Assembly (NCBI RefSeq): GCF_009914755.1
Contig: NC_060935.1
Strand: one strand, 5' to 3'
DNA: 64,000 nucleotides
Source: the human T2T-CHM13v2.0 reference genome, Homo sapiens
In this document: positions 44,601 through 58,338 of the stretch, one piece after another
Layout: every line of letters begins with the position of its first letter
How positions within the stretch are numbered: position 1 is the stretch's first letter
Program-made: the position numbers and the translations under genes
Notes under the pieces: model-generated
What the model was told of the DNA's origin: nothing
The model's input: only the letters and a program-made list of their open reading frames with translations
Database searches by the model: none

Positions 44601-45527
44601 CATTGTTTATACATTAATGAACTGATTTTTAGGTTTTTTTCCCCTAAACTGTTTTCTCCATTATCTATTGCAAAAGGTCATTCTGGTTTCTACATTTACA
44701 AACATTATTATTTCACTTTTCTCGACTTAAAGTGAAATTTAATTCAACTCAGCATATAAAAAGTATTTCTTCTATGAAGAAAACATTATGAGAATATGTC
44801 CTTGCTGTCGCATACTAAAATGTTATGTATGATCTAAGACCCAAAACTAGTAAAGCCTCAATTAATCACTTCCATTCTACTGCAATCCATACATTCTATT
44901 TTCTGAATTTCAGTAGTAGCCAGCAACCATCAAAAGGTAATAAACTAACTTCTTTGCTCAGGTTTAAAAAAAATGTGGATTTGGCTCTCTGACTATATTT
45001 CTTCTTATCAGCAACTTCTCTGTAGTAAGTATTGTACAGAGCTTAGAAAGCTAAAATTTATATTTATTAGACAGCCTTTGAAGCTAGCATTCAAATTAGC
45101 TATTCTGATTTCAGAATTGAGTTAATACAGAGAAGATGAAAAAATTGAGTAATATATTTGATAATATGATCCTTAGTAGATATAGGAAGACCTTGATAAT
45201 TTTCCATTTTAATAGTTCTTACTTTTGTATCATAACAAGACAGTACACTTGGATGTTTTATCTGTTTAATTTTTTGAGAATGATAGTTCAATTTAGTTTG
45301 TGTAGTCTTCCCGATGAGTATATAAACCGTTAACAGATATTTCACAAAATTAAGAATCACTTCTAAGAGCAAATATTTTTAAACTATTTAACTCTGCAAT
45401 TGAACACACTGACACTTTTCCCTACAACACTAGTCATGTACTGTAATTCTGTAATAAAAAAACTATTATTTTACTTCAGCAATGTCTCTGGTAACACCAG
45501 TTATGTCAACTTGAGAAAATATCTTAA

Positions 45528-45843
<316 letters not shown>

Positions 45844-45885
45844 ATTTCGCCTCATATGAAAATATATTTCTTTTATCAACCTTAC

Positions 45886-45933
45886 TTGCTTATATATGCT
45901 AGCATGCTGAAACAGTACTGCAGTACTGGGTAC
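45886..45933 (-). other. Candidate 48-nt exon
   Basis: Minus strand TTTTTGTGTGACTTCCAG|GTACCC...AAGCAA|GTAAGG. Confidence 0.2.
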
Positions 45934-46019
45934 CTGGAAGTCACACAAAAATTACTTGCTACAAACATTAAATAAATGTTTAATTTAAACATGTTTACAT
46001 TTAATTTTAAATGTTTACT

Positions 46020-48363
46020 TTCTAAGCAGTAGCAGAAGGTGACAGAGGGCCTGGTGTTTTCTTACTCCAACCTAGAACAACAACAACAAAAAGGCAGCCA
46101 AGGTAGCTTCATTCTTCCCCAGATAAAAGAATGTTGTAACAATACCAGTCCAGAATCTTCATACTATATCTAAACAGGGTTATTGTCTGCTAAATAGTTT
46201 AATAGAACCCAGAGACCTCTTATGTTATAGAAGAAATGTCCAGGATACAATTTTTAAAAATTATAGTAAGAACCAGGAATCACAACTTGAATAAGAAAAT
46301 CAACTGACACCAACACTAAGATGAAACCAAATGATGGGATTATCTGACCAGGATTTTAAGGTAGCCATCATAAAATGCTTCAGTTTCAAATTATCTCCAA
46401 ACAAAATTGAAATTTCAACAAAGAAATAGAAATTATTAACAAGAACCAAATAACATAGAATTAAAAAAACATAAATTTTAAAATGTGCTCAGTGGGCTCA
46501 AATTACAGTGGCAATAATTAACATGAGGATAGATCAATAGAATTTTCAAAATCTAAACAACACTGAAAAAGAGACTAAAAATAAAAAAACAAAGCCTCAG
46601 GAAACTATGGAACTGCAAGAAAGATTAATTATGTACAGCATCAAAATCCTAGGAGAGAAGAAAGTATCCAAATAAGTAATAGATGAAAACTTTTCAAATT
46701 TGGCAGAAGACAAACCTACAGATTCAAGAAGCTGAGCAAACCACAAATGGAAACAAAAAACAAGACACATCAAAATTTGCTTTGAAAAGCAAAGACAAAA
46801 AAGTCTTGAAATGTCCCTGAGAGAAATGACACATTATCTACAGGAGAACATCAAATTGAATGACAGATTTCCCACCTTAAATCATGGAGGCCAGAACAAA
46901 GAGGTACAGAATTTTTTGTGTGCTGAAATAACTTTCAACATAGAATTCTTTAACCAGAAAACTCGTCTTTAAGAAATGAAAAAGAAATAAGGATGCAGAA
47001 AAAGAAAAATTAATACAATTTGTCTGTGAAAAATCTATCTTTAAGATTGGGTAAAGGAATAAACTCAGCATAAAGAAAATAATTTTTTAAGGTAAACTTA
47101 GACTTCCATTTCATGGTCTCACATGTAAGGAGCTTAGAAGTGCCTACTCCATCTTCAAAATAAGAGGAAATCTTATCAAACTGAAAAAAACATCAACTCT
47201 TTTTAGATCTGTCAAAGAAGTGATATCATGGGGCAAACCACTGTGCCAAAAATTGGAGAGAGAGACAGGCAGGTACAGAGAATCACAACTTCATGGAGCA
47301 GAAATGTATGATCAAAAACTTCCATGGGAACCAGTGCTGGGGTAAGAAAGCCTGAACTATAATAGATAAATTCTGGATGCTCAGTACTCAGTATTGACAC
47401 GCTGAGAGTTAAATACTCCAAGGGGACCCAGTCATGGAGGATGGGAGGTGTTGTACTTTTGTGAGTTTTACCTTCAGGGGTTCTACCAGGTCCTCACAGT
47501 GAGTATCACAAAAAAAAAATAGGTAAATAAAAATAACGACAACAACAATAACAAAAAAACACCCTCATGACCCCAGGATGTGGAGGGAAAAATGAATAAT
47601 TTTGAAATATACCAGAGCATTCTGTTCTTCTTAACAAGGCCTTACCTTAGGAGAAACTATTTAACCAGAGCCTGATCCACCTGGAGGAAAAGAAATATCC
47701 TAATCCAGCTGGCTCTAGCATTTCATGTGGAAGAAATAAAGTATTCAACCCCAGCTAGTCCTCTCCAGCCATCCTGTCTAGCCTAAGCGGTGATGGAGGA
47801 GGGGCAAAAATAACTGAAAAGTGCTGATGACTTCACAGTCCAGGAGCACAGACACATCAAAAGACAGAGATCTAATCATAGGGCTATAGAACATTTCCCC
47901 TTCCCCTAAACCTTAACACTCCATTACTAAAGGCCTATATACCGTACCACCTTTGTTCTAGTACACTCTGACTCCCTGTCCTCCTCCCCAACAAACACCA
48001 AAACTACAGGACATATTAAAAGGCAGAAAAATATAGTCTGAAGAGACTGAACAAGAATCAGAACCACAGTCAAATATGGCAGGCCAAGTACAGTGGCTCA
48101 TGCCTGTAATCCCAGCACTGAGACATGTCTTGATCACTTGAGGTTGAGAGTTCGAGACCAACCTGGTCAACATGGAGAAACCCCATCTCTATTAAAAAAA
48201 AAAAAAAAAATACAAAAATTAGCCAGGCATGATGGCAGTTGCCTGTAATCCCAGCTACCTGGGATACTGAGACATGAGAACCACTTGAACCCAGGAAACG
48301 GAGGTTGCACTGAGCCTAGATCATGCCACTGCACTCCATCCTGGGTGATGGAGTGAGACTCTG

Positions 48364-48410
<47 letters not shown>

Positions 48411-49080
48411 TAGAAATATTGGAATCATCAGATTAAGTTTTTTAAAAAACTTAAATATTCTAACTGCTTTAATAGCAAAAGTAGACAACATATAGAATAA
48501 CTGGATAATATAACTAAAGAGGTGCAAATTCCAAGAATAATCTAATATTAAAAAAAGCCTCTGTTGGGTTTATTATGACTATGCATGGCTGAAGAAAGAA
48601 TGACTCAGCTTGAAAATATGACATTAGGAACTTCAAAAAAGAAAAAAAAAGACTGCAAAAAAAAATTAGTCAATAACAGTGGGACAACTACAAAAAGTAT
48701 AAATGTGCAAAATTAGAATACCAGGAGGAGAAGAAAGAGACAGTAAGAAAAAAAATATTTGACGAATAATGACTAAAAATTTCACCAAATTAATGCCCTA
48801 AACCTCATAAGACCCAGGAAGCTCAGAGAACACCAAGCAAGATAAATGCCAAAAATAAACTACACTCAGGCATGTATGTCATATTCAAACTTGAGAAAAA
48901 TCAAAGACAAAGAAAAAAATATATTGAAAGAAGCCAGAGGAAAACAATACCTTACCTACAGAGGAGTGAAAATAAGAATTCCATCTGACTTTTCAGAAAG
49001 CATGGCAACAAGAAGACAAGTATGGAGTGAAATATTTATAGTGTTGAGAGAGAAGAAAAAAAAAAAAAAAAACAAAGAAA
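46020..49080 (+). mobile_element. Old LINE-1 5' UTR/ORF1 fragments (L1MC/MD-like, probably two nested elements)
   Basis: ORF 48846 ILKEARGKQYLTYRGVKIRIPSDFS is L1 ORF1p-like; the element resumes after 51596. Confidence 0.75.
48082..48408 (+). mobile_element. AluS with long A tail
   Basis: Alu dimer with an approximately 40-nt A run. Confidence 0.93.
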
Positions 49081-49082
49081 AA

Positions 49083-49375
49083 GCCTGCCACACCTGTAAT
49101 CCCAGCACTTTGTGAGGCTGAGGCAGGCGATCACTTGGGCCCAGGAGTTTGAGAACAGCCTGGGCAACATGGCGAAACCACATCTCCACTAACAGTACAA
49201 AAATTAGCTGGCATTGTGGCACATGCCTGTAGTCCCAGCTACTCAGAAGGCCAAGGTGGGAAGATCACTTGAGCCTGGGAGGCAGATGTTGCAGTAATGC
49301 AATAAGCCAAGATCATGCAACTTCACTCCACCTGGGCCACAGAGCAAGCTGTCATCTCAAATAATAATAATAATA
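49083..49375 (+). mobile_element. AluJ
   Basis: GATCACTTGGGCCCAGGAGTTTGAG and GATCACTTGAGCCTGGG (J-type). Confidence 0.88.
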
Positions 49376-49391
49376 CACCAAAAAAACTCAC

Positions 49392-51595
49392 TTTATTAGT
49401 TCATACTACCTGAGACTGGGTAACTTATAAAAAAAGAGGTTTGACTCACAGTTCCATATGTCTGCAGAGGCCTCAGGAAATTTACAATCATGGAGTAAGG
49501 AGAATGGGAAGTAAGGCAGTCTTACATGGTGGCAGAACAAAGATCGAGCACTCAGGGGAAAACTGCCACTAGTAAAACCATCAGATCTCATAAGAGCTCC
49601 CTCACTATCATGAGAACAGCACGGGGGAAACTGCCCCCGTGATCCAATCACCTCCCACCATGACCATGTCCCGCCCTCAACACATGGGGATTACAATTTG
49701 AGATGAGATTTGGGTGGGGACACAGAGCCAAACCATTACCGTTCCACCTTTGCCCCTCCAAAATCACATCTCCTCTTCACATTTCAAAACCAACCATGTC
49801 TTCTCAACAGTTCTCCAAAGTCTTAACTCATTCTAGCATCTGCCCAAAAGTCCAAGTCCAAAGTCTCGTCTAAGACAAGTCCCTTATGCCTATGGACCTG
49901 TAAAACCAAAAGCAAGTTAGTTACTTCCAAGATACAATGGGGGTACAGACACTGGGTAAACATTCCCATTCTAAATAGGAGAAATTGGCCAAAACAAAGG
50001 GGCCCCAGGTCCCATGCAAGTCTGAAACCCAGCCGGGCAGTCATTACATCTTGAAGCTCTGAAATCTCCTTTGACTCCATGTCTGCCATCCAGGGCTCCC
50101 ACTGCCTTGGGAAGCTCTGCCCCTATGGCTCTTCAGGGTACATCACCCCTGGTGGCTTTCATGGGCTGGCATTGAGTTTCTGTGGCTTTTCCAGGTATAT
50201 GGTGCAAGCCGTGTCAATGGATCTGTCTTTCTGCAGTCTGGAGGACAGTGGCCATCTTCTCACAGCTCCAATAGGCAGTGCCCTAGTGGGAACTATGTTG
50301 GAGGACTCCAACCCCACATGTCCCTTCTGCACTGCCCTAGCAGAGGTTCTTCAACCCATTTCTTCTGCCCACCCAGAGGCCCACCACCACATAGAAGCCA
50401 CCAATGCTTGGGGCTTACACCCTCTGAAGCAATGGCCCAAGCTATACCTTGGCCCTTTTTAGCCATGGCTGGAATTAGAGCGGCTGGGATGCAGGGTGCC
50501 ATATCCCAGGGCTGCACAGAGCAGCAAGGCCCTCAGCCCAGCTCATGAAGCCATTTTTTCCTCCTTGGTCTCCAGGCCAGTGAACAGAGGGGTTGCCACA
50601 AAGATCTCCGACATTCCCTGAAGACATTTTCCTCATTGTCTCGGTGATTAATATTTGGCTCCTTGTTACTTATGCAAATTTCTGCAGCAGCCTTGAATTC
50701 CTCCCCAAAAAATGGGTTTTTCCTTTTACATGGACAGGCTGTAAATGTTCCAAATTTTTACACTCTCCTTCCCCTTTAAACATACATTCCAATTTCATAT
50801 CATCTCTTTATGACTGCATAAAACTGCGTGCTTTTAGTACAAATGAGGTCACCTCTTGAATGCTTTGCTGCTTAGAAATTTCTTCTACCAGATACCCTAA
50901 ATCATCTCTCTCAAGTTCAAAGCTCCATAGATCTCTAGAGCAGAGGCAAAATGCCACCGGTCTCCTTGCCAAAGTATAGCAAGAGTGAACTTGCTCAAGT
51001 TTCCAATAAGTTCCTCATCTCCATCTGAGACTACCTCAGTCTGGACTTCATTTTCCATATCACTATCAGCATGTTGGTCAAAACCTTTCATTCAACAAGG
51101 CTTTAGGAAGTTCTAAACTTCTGCACATCTTCCTGTCTTCTTCTGAGCCTTCCAAACTATTCAAACCTCTACCTGTTACCCAGTTCCAAAGTTGATTCCA
51201 CATTTTCAGGTTATTTTTATAGTAGTACCCAACTCTGCCAGTAGTAATTCTCTGTGTTACTCAGTTCTCACACTGGGTAATTTATAAACAAAAGAGATTT
51301 GATTGACTCACAGTTCTGCATGGCTGGCGAGGCCTCAGGAAACTTACAATTATGGAGGAAGGAAACAGGAAGCAAGGCAATTTTACATGGCAGCAGGAGA
51401 GAGAGAGTGCCCACAGAGAAAACCTGCCAGTCTTAAAACCCTCAGATCTCCTAAGAGCTCCTTCATTATCATGAGAATACTATGGGGGAAACCACACCCA
51501 TGATCCAATTACCACCCACTAGGTCCCTCCCTCAACACATGGGGATTACAATTTGAGAGGAGATTTGGATGGGGACACAGAGCAAAACCCTATCA
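49392..51595 (-). mobile_element. Two-LTR MaLR element (THE1D-like): LTR 49392-49740, internal region, LTR 51253-51595
   Basis: Both ends share GACTCACAGTTC...GGCCTCAGGAAA.TTACAAT...GGGGACACAGAGC; about 1.5 kb THE1-int-like sequence between. Confidence 0.92.
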
Positions 51596-51730
51596 ACCAC
51601 CAATCATGAGTTCTGTACCCTGCAAAATTATCCTTCGAAAGTGAGAGAAATAAAAACTTTCTCAAACAAAAATTGAGAATCTCTTGCTAGTTGACCTATT
51701 TTTCAGGAAATGTTAAAAGTTCTTCAGAGA

Positions 51731-52016
51731 GGCCAGGCGCAGTGGCTCACGCCTGTAATCCCAGCACTTTGGGAGGCCAAGGCAGGTAGATTACGAGGTC
51801 AGGAGTTCGAGACCAGCCTGGCCAAAATAGTGAAACCCCGTGTCCACTAAAAATACAAAAATTAGCTGGGCATGGTGTCTCATGCCTGTAGTCCTAGCTA
51901 CTCAGGAGGCTGAGGCAGGAGAATCACTTCAACCTGGGAGGCAGAGGTTGTGGTGGGCCAAGATCGCGCCACTGCACTCCAGCCTGGGCAACAGAGAGAC
52001 ACTCTGTCTCAAAAAA
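51731..52016 (+). mobile_element. AluS
   Basis: Full Alu; TSD AAAAGTTCTTCA(G/T)AGA. Confidence 0.95.
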
Positions 52017-53917
52017 GTTCTTCATAGAGAAAGAATTTTATAAAGGTCAGAAATTCAGATCAACATAAAGAAAAGAAGAGCACTGGAGAAAAGAAAAGGT
52101 AAGGAAATGTTTTTCTTACTGCTAATTGATCTAGCAGATAATAGTTGTTTCAAGATAATAATTATAGCAATAATGTTTTCAATTATGGAAAATTGTTTCT
52201 TTGGTGGTGACATTTTTCCTTGATTTTTTGTGTGTTTGAAGAAGCAGTCATCCATCTCCTCCAGTCATCGCTTGCTGGCTTCAGAAAAGAAAGGCATTCA
52301 CCAGTAGGCCTGCCTGTGGGTTCTAAGAGTATCTCAGATTTTTCTTTTTTTAGGAATGTACCTGCTCCACTCCTCCTGTTTTCTCTTGGGAAAGTGGGGT
52401 GGGGTAAAGACTGTTAGGATTGTATGCTTTTTCCCTCAAGGTCAGGCTGAGTGCTAAGAGCCTCCCATTAATTTTCCCTAGTGCAGTGTCCTGAAGCACT
52501 CAATGTTAAGCTGCTTCTCCCAATCCAGCAGAGTCTACCTGTCTGTGTGTGTGCTAATACATGACCTGTGGAGGCTTGTGTGAACTGCTTGTACAGAGCA
52601 TACCCAGGGTGGTAGCTACATGGGAATAGGATGGGAGGAGTTCTATAGGTGTTCATGGGCTAGATGCAAGAGTCCTCAGGGGATGTGTACTACAAAGTTA
52701 ATGGGTGGGTCTCATTAGGTGCATACATTATAATTGTATGCATAGTGTACACATATATGATAGTTGTATGCATAATATATGCATATATTATGATATTCTA
52801 TAAATAAAATTCAAAGAAATTTAGATTTAAAAAGCTGATGAGTTTAACAATGCAAAGACTCATCAACCCACAAAAATCAATGTTGTTTATAATTTTACAT
52901 AGGAACAATGAATATGCAGAAGTCCAAACTAAAAACACAATACAATTTATAATCACTCCAAAGGAAATGGAATGCTTGACAAAGTATATGTTATGTATTT
53001 AATAAAATATTTGCAAGACCTGTATACTAAATTTTATAAAATTCCGATGAAGCAACTCAGACACTAAAATGAATGGATACATTTTGTTCATTGATTGAAA
53101 GACTCATATAATAAAGATGTGAATTGCCCCCAAAGAATTCTACAAGCCTAATTCAATTTCTATTAAAATTCTAGCATATTTGTGGACATAGACAGTCTTC
53201 TAAAATTTATCAAGAATGGCACAGAGCCTAGAATTTAAGGGGTAAAAAAAGAGAAAATATTGACACGGAAGATGGTAAGATTTTTCTCTACCTATTTTTC
53301 AGACTTACTAAATACCTAAGTAAGCATAATCAAGAAAGTGTGGTTTGGGCAGGATAGACACATAGGTGAAAAGAATAGAAAACTCAAATAGACACACATG
53401 AACACATTCAAGTGACTTTTTATATCAATGTGCAAAAGCAATTTGAAACAAAGTTAGTCTTTTCAAATGGTAGTAGAGCAATTGGACATGCATACGCAAA
53501 AAAAAATTTTGAAAATTTCCTCAATAGAAATTTCATGCTTTATTAAAAAATTAACTCTTAGATCAAATGTGAAACAAAAATGTAGGAGGAATTGTTTTGG
53601 ATTAGAAATAAATAAAATTCTAAGAACTGATACCAAAAACAGTTCATAAGAGAAATAATTGATGAACTGTACTTCTTAGACACAAACACCTTTCTATACA
53701 TAAGACCAGGTAAAGAGGATGGAAAGACAAGCTACATTTAGAAATGAAGGACAGAAAAGTGGTATACAGGGGTTAAAGATGAGTGAAGGAGAGAAAGGGA
53801 AAAGAATTGGGAGAGTCAGGTGTGGTTATAAAAGGACAAAAAGAAGGATCAGTGTGATGATGAAACTGTTCTATATCTTGAATATGATAATGTATATATG
53901 AATCTATACAAGTGACA

Positions 53918-55056
53918 TGTTGTGGGAAGTCAGGGAACCCGAATGGAGGGGCCAGCTGAAGCCACAACAGAAGAACATAAATTGTGAAGATTTCATGGAC
54001 ATTTATCACTTCCCCAATCAATACTCTGATAATTTCCTATGCCCATCTTTAATCTCTTAATCCCGTCATCTTCGTAAGCTGAGGATGTACATCTCCTCAG
54101 GGCCCTGTGATGATAGTGTTAACTGCACAAATTGTTCATAAAGCACGTGTTTTTTAACAATATGAAATCTGGGCACCTTGAAAAAAAAACAGGATAACAG
54201 CGATGTTCAGGGAACAAGGGAGATAACCATTAGTTCTGACTGCCTGGGAGCCAGGCAGGACAGAGTAGTATTTCTCTTATTACCAAAAATGGGTAAGAGA
54301 AATATCGCTGAATTCTTTCCCCAGTAAGGAATATTAATAATTAACAGCCCTGGGAAGAGAATGCACTCCCGGGGTGGGGTGAGCGGGGGGCTCTAAAATG
54401 GCCGCTCTGGGAGTGTCTGCTTTATGCAGAAGAAACATGCCCTGGTCTCCTGCAGCGCCCTCAGGCTTGCTAGGATTAGGAAATTCCAACCTGGCAAATT
54501 CTAGTCAGACCAGTTCTCTGCTCTTGAACCCTATTTCCTGTTAAGATGTTTATCAATGACAGCGCTTGCACAGTGGTACATGAAACTTCATCAGCAATTC
54601 TAGTTTCACCCTGGCCTTGTGACCTTGCCCTGCCCATTTGCCTTGTGATATTTTATTGCCTTTGAAGCAGGTGATCTCTGTGAACCACACCCTATTCGTA
54701 CACTCCCTCCTCTTTGAAAATCGCTCATAAAAACTTGCTGGTTTTGCGGCTCAGGGGGCATCATGGAACCTGCTGACATGTGATGTCTACCCCAGACACC
54801 CAGCTTTTTTTTTTTAGTAGAGACGGAGTTTCACTTTGTTAGCCAGGATGGTCTTGATCTCCTGACCTTGTGATCCGCCTGCCTCGGCCTCCCAAAGTGC
54901 TGGGATTACAGGCATGAGCCACCGTGCCTGGCCAGACACCCAGCTTTAAAATTTCTCTCTTGTGTACTCTTTCCCTTTATTTCTCAGACCGGCCGACACT
55001 TAGGGAAAAATAGAAAAGAACCTACATTGAAATATTTGGGGCTGGTTCCACCGATA
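53918..55056 (+). mobile_element. MER11 (HERV-K11/HML-8) solo LTR
   Basis: TGTTGTGGGAAGTCAGGGAACCCGAATGGAGGG...GGCTGGTTCCACCGATA with 6-bp TSD GTGACA (53912-53917; 55057-55062). Confidence 0.92.
54808..54933 (-). mobile_element. Alu left monomer only (AluY/Sc-like) inside MER11
   Basis: TTAGCCAGGATGGTCTTGATCTCCTGACC diagnostic; TSD AGACACCCAGCTTT. Confidence 0.9.
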
Positions 55057-55910
55057 GTGACACAATTGTGTAGAATTAAACACACGCTAATACTGTACAC
55101 ATGAGCACAAGTAAAACAGGGATATTGAAACCTTAATGTTGGTTTGTATTACTATCAACATCCTAATTGTGATATTGAATCATAGTTTTTACAATTATTA
55201 CTATTGGTGAAAACTGGGTAAGGTTTTTCAAGATCTGTTGGTATTATTTCTTACAATTCATGTGACTCTACAATTATCACAATAAAATTTTAATTAAAAA
55301 ATAAGTGCATGGATATAAATACAAAAATTACATGTCCAAACAAAATGCAATTATGTGAACAATCTTACTATGAAACTCATAGAAGTACCTAGTAAAATAT
55401 AACATACTAACACCATAATTTTGGTTCAAGAAAAGGGACAAAAATTGATGAGGAAGGATAAAATTATCATGTTACACTGGAGTAATGGGCAAATTTACAA
55501 ATTTCTCTACTATACAGGATTGGTAGCAGCCACAAAAGTCAAAGAAGTAAAAGAATCAATAATGAAAGATGGAGAGAAAAGTGGAACATAAAGCTAAGAA
55601 CCACAAATATATTTGCCATCATTGAAAGGATGTACTAAAATAAATCATTCCTAAACAAACAAAGGCAAATGAGGAACTCAGATGATGTACCTTTCTTTTA
55701 AATGGTAAGATGCAGCTTCTCAGATTTGTTAACCACAGGTCTTCCCTCACATTCATTTGAAGTTATATATATACCACTTAAATGATTCAGAAACCACAAG
55801 CTACTGCCACCCCCAGTTAACCTGAAGCCATTCTGGCTTGGTAGAACTCTGGTATAAATAAAAAGCCCATGCCTAAGCATTATAAAGGCAGACTATAAAA
55901 AATGTAAAGA

Positions 55911-56383
<473 letters not shown>

Positions 56384-56877
56384 TCATTTGAACAAATTTC
56401 ACTATATTGATGTTAAAAAGTTTTCTTCAAATACAAATGGTACTTTGTACACTAAGAGGTAGATCTTTTCCAAATATACACGGAAAGCATTAATGGCAAG
56501 TCTTAAAAAATACTCACATAAACCACTAAGAAAAAAGAGGCCACAAAAGTGATTTGACAATATTTAGTAAAAAAGATGTTAATACCCTGAAACTGGTAAT
56601 TGCCTTCTCAGTTGTAATACCATAAATTTTAGACATGTATGTGTATATCATGCTACCATTTATAAAAACTTTCAAAATATGTGATGCCATACTGTATATC
56701 TTCTGAGACACAAAACTATAAACTATTTTTTAAAAAGACACCTGATGATAGAAACTACCTTCAGGTATACCATTGCCTGTAGGCAGGAGAGGGGAAAACG
56801 CTGCACAGAGAAAACATTTCTACTTATTAGTAATGTTTTTTCCTCTATGTTTGCCATTGGTACTATATTCCTGAAAT

Positions 56878-56902
56878 GTATGTATATGTACTTGTGTGTG
56901 TG

Positions 56903-56934
<32 letters not shown>
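56878..56934. repeat. (TG)n/(TA)n microsatellite
   Basis: Direct inspection. Confidence 0.9.
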
Positions 56935-56935
<1 letters not shown>

Positions 56936-58313
56936 TTTAAATATTTCATACATTTAAAATTTTCAATTTTCCCAACTACAGTTGGCTTGCTTCTATTTAA
57001 AGAAATCAGTGATAACAAGCTGCTGTTTACCTTCTCTAAATATAAATGAGGAATCAGGTTATTATATATATAAATTAAATATAAATATATAAACACATTA
57101 AAATTTGCAATACTTATATTTTATAAACATAGCTATTCAACTCACAAAATTACAAATTACTTGAAAAATGATGTGATTAAGTTTGTACATGATTCATTTA
57201 CCTGGTGAATACTTTCATGTTATGACTTTTACTTTCTACAATACTTGAAACTTCAGGGAATTAATACTCATAATAAACAGTCCTTCTCACATTTGTAAAT
57301 AATTTATATAAATTCTTACATTCCTTAAAATGTATTTTACTTACTTTGAGGTATCAATGATATCTTGGTGGGTATAGAGTTTTTACCCTTTCTCTCATTG
57401 GCATGCATATAGCTTTCTAGTGATTTTGGTATTCAAGATTTCAGGTGAGAAGTGAGATGTTTATAAGATCACTTTTTTAAGCAGCTTTTCCTTCTATTTG
57501 GACCCTTATAATAGTTTGTATTAGCTTTGGAGTCCAATAATTTCACCAGAATATTCTAGGTCTGTCTTTCAAGCCCTTTTAATCCACACACTTCAAGGGA
57601 AAATTTTTCTATTCTTAACGGTTTTAACATAACACAAATTATATGAATATATTCAAAGAGGACATAATGCTTAAAGTATATAATCTGTAGGAATGTTCCT
57701 GATAAGTACAAATATTAATTAGTATTAATATTTTATCATCATAACAAGTATCAACATTCTTTTCTAAGTGTTCTTCTTCAAACCGTATTATAGATCATTG
57801 CTGATATCTAATAATGGATTTTTCAAAGGGAATCCTTAAGTAGTTTAAAATGGGGAATATATTGTAAATGATGGAAAATTGATATTACAAAATAATTTTG
57901 AGTGTAGGTGACATCTTACAGGCTGTGATTAGTCTTGCCTCTTCCATAGCCCAATTTTGTCACTAAATGTATGTTGGTTCTACTTTTCCTTTTCCCTCAT
58001 ACCTGTGTACCCAGTTCATATCCCATCAAAAGGCTATTTCCACTATCCAGTTTTTAATCCTCATTTTAGAGAAGAAGCCACATATTTAATACACTATAAT
58101 GTGAATTATTTTTTCCTGAAGCTCTCCATGTAGCTGAGACATGGTATTAACCATTTTTAAGTCTTCTTGAGAAGAAATATAGTACTTATTATCTGGATGT
58201 AATTATAGAAAAAGCTTGAAGAAGCAAATATTAATACTAAATAAAGAATTCAAATGATTGGTTTATGTCATTCATAGTCAATTGTTCAGAAAGACTTGGA
58301 AAGCAATACTTAC

Positions 58314-58338
58314 GTCATTCATATATCTACTGCAGGTC
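58314..58338 (-). other. Candidate 25-nt micro-exon
   Basis: Minus strand TTTTCCTGTCTTTACTTTTACCTCTAG|GACCTGCAGTAGATATATGAATGAC|GTAAGT. Confidence 0.35.

Larger units (their letters stand above)
52800..55290 (+). mobile_element. Old LINE-1 (L1ME/MC-like) ORF2 and 3' end, interrupted by the MER11 LTR
   Basis: Decayed ORF2 motifs (GTCTTTTCAAATGGT, CATTGATTGAAAGACTCA) and 3' UTR motifs on both sides of the LTR. Confidence 0.65.

Noticed and set aside
49406-51503. Cluster of ORFs
   Set aside because: Decayed THE1/MaLR LTR and internal sequence
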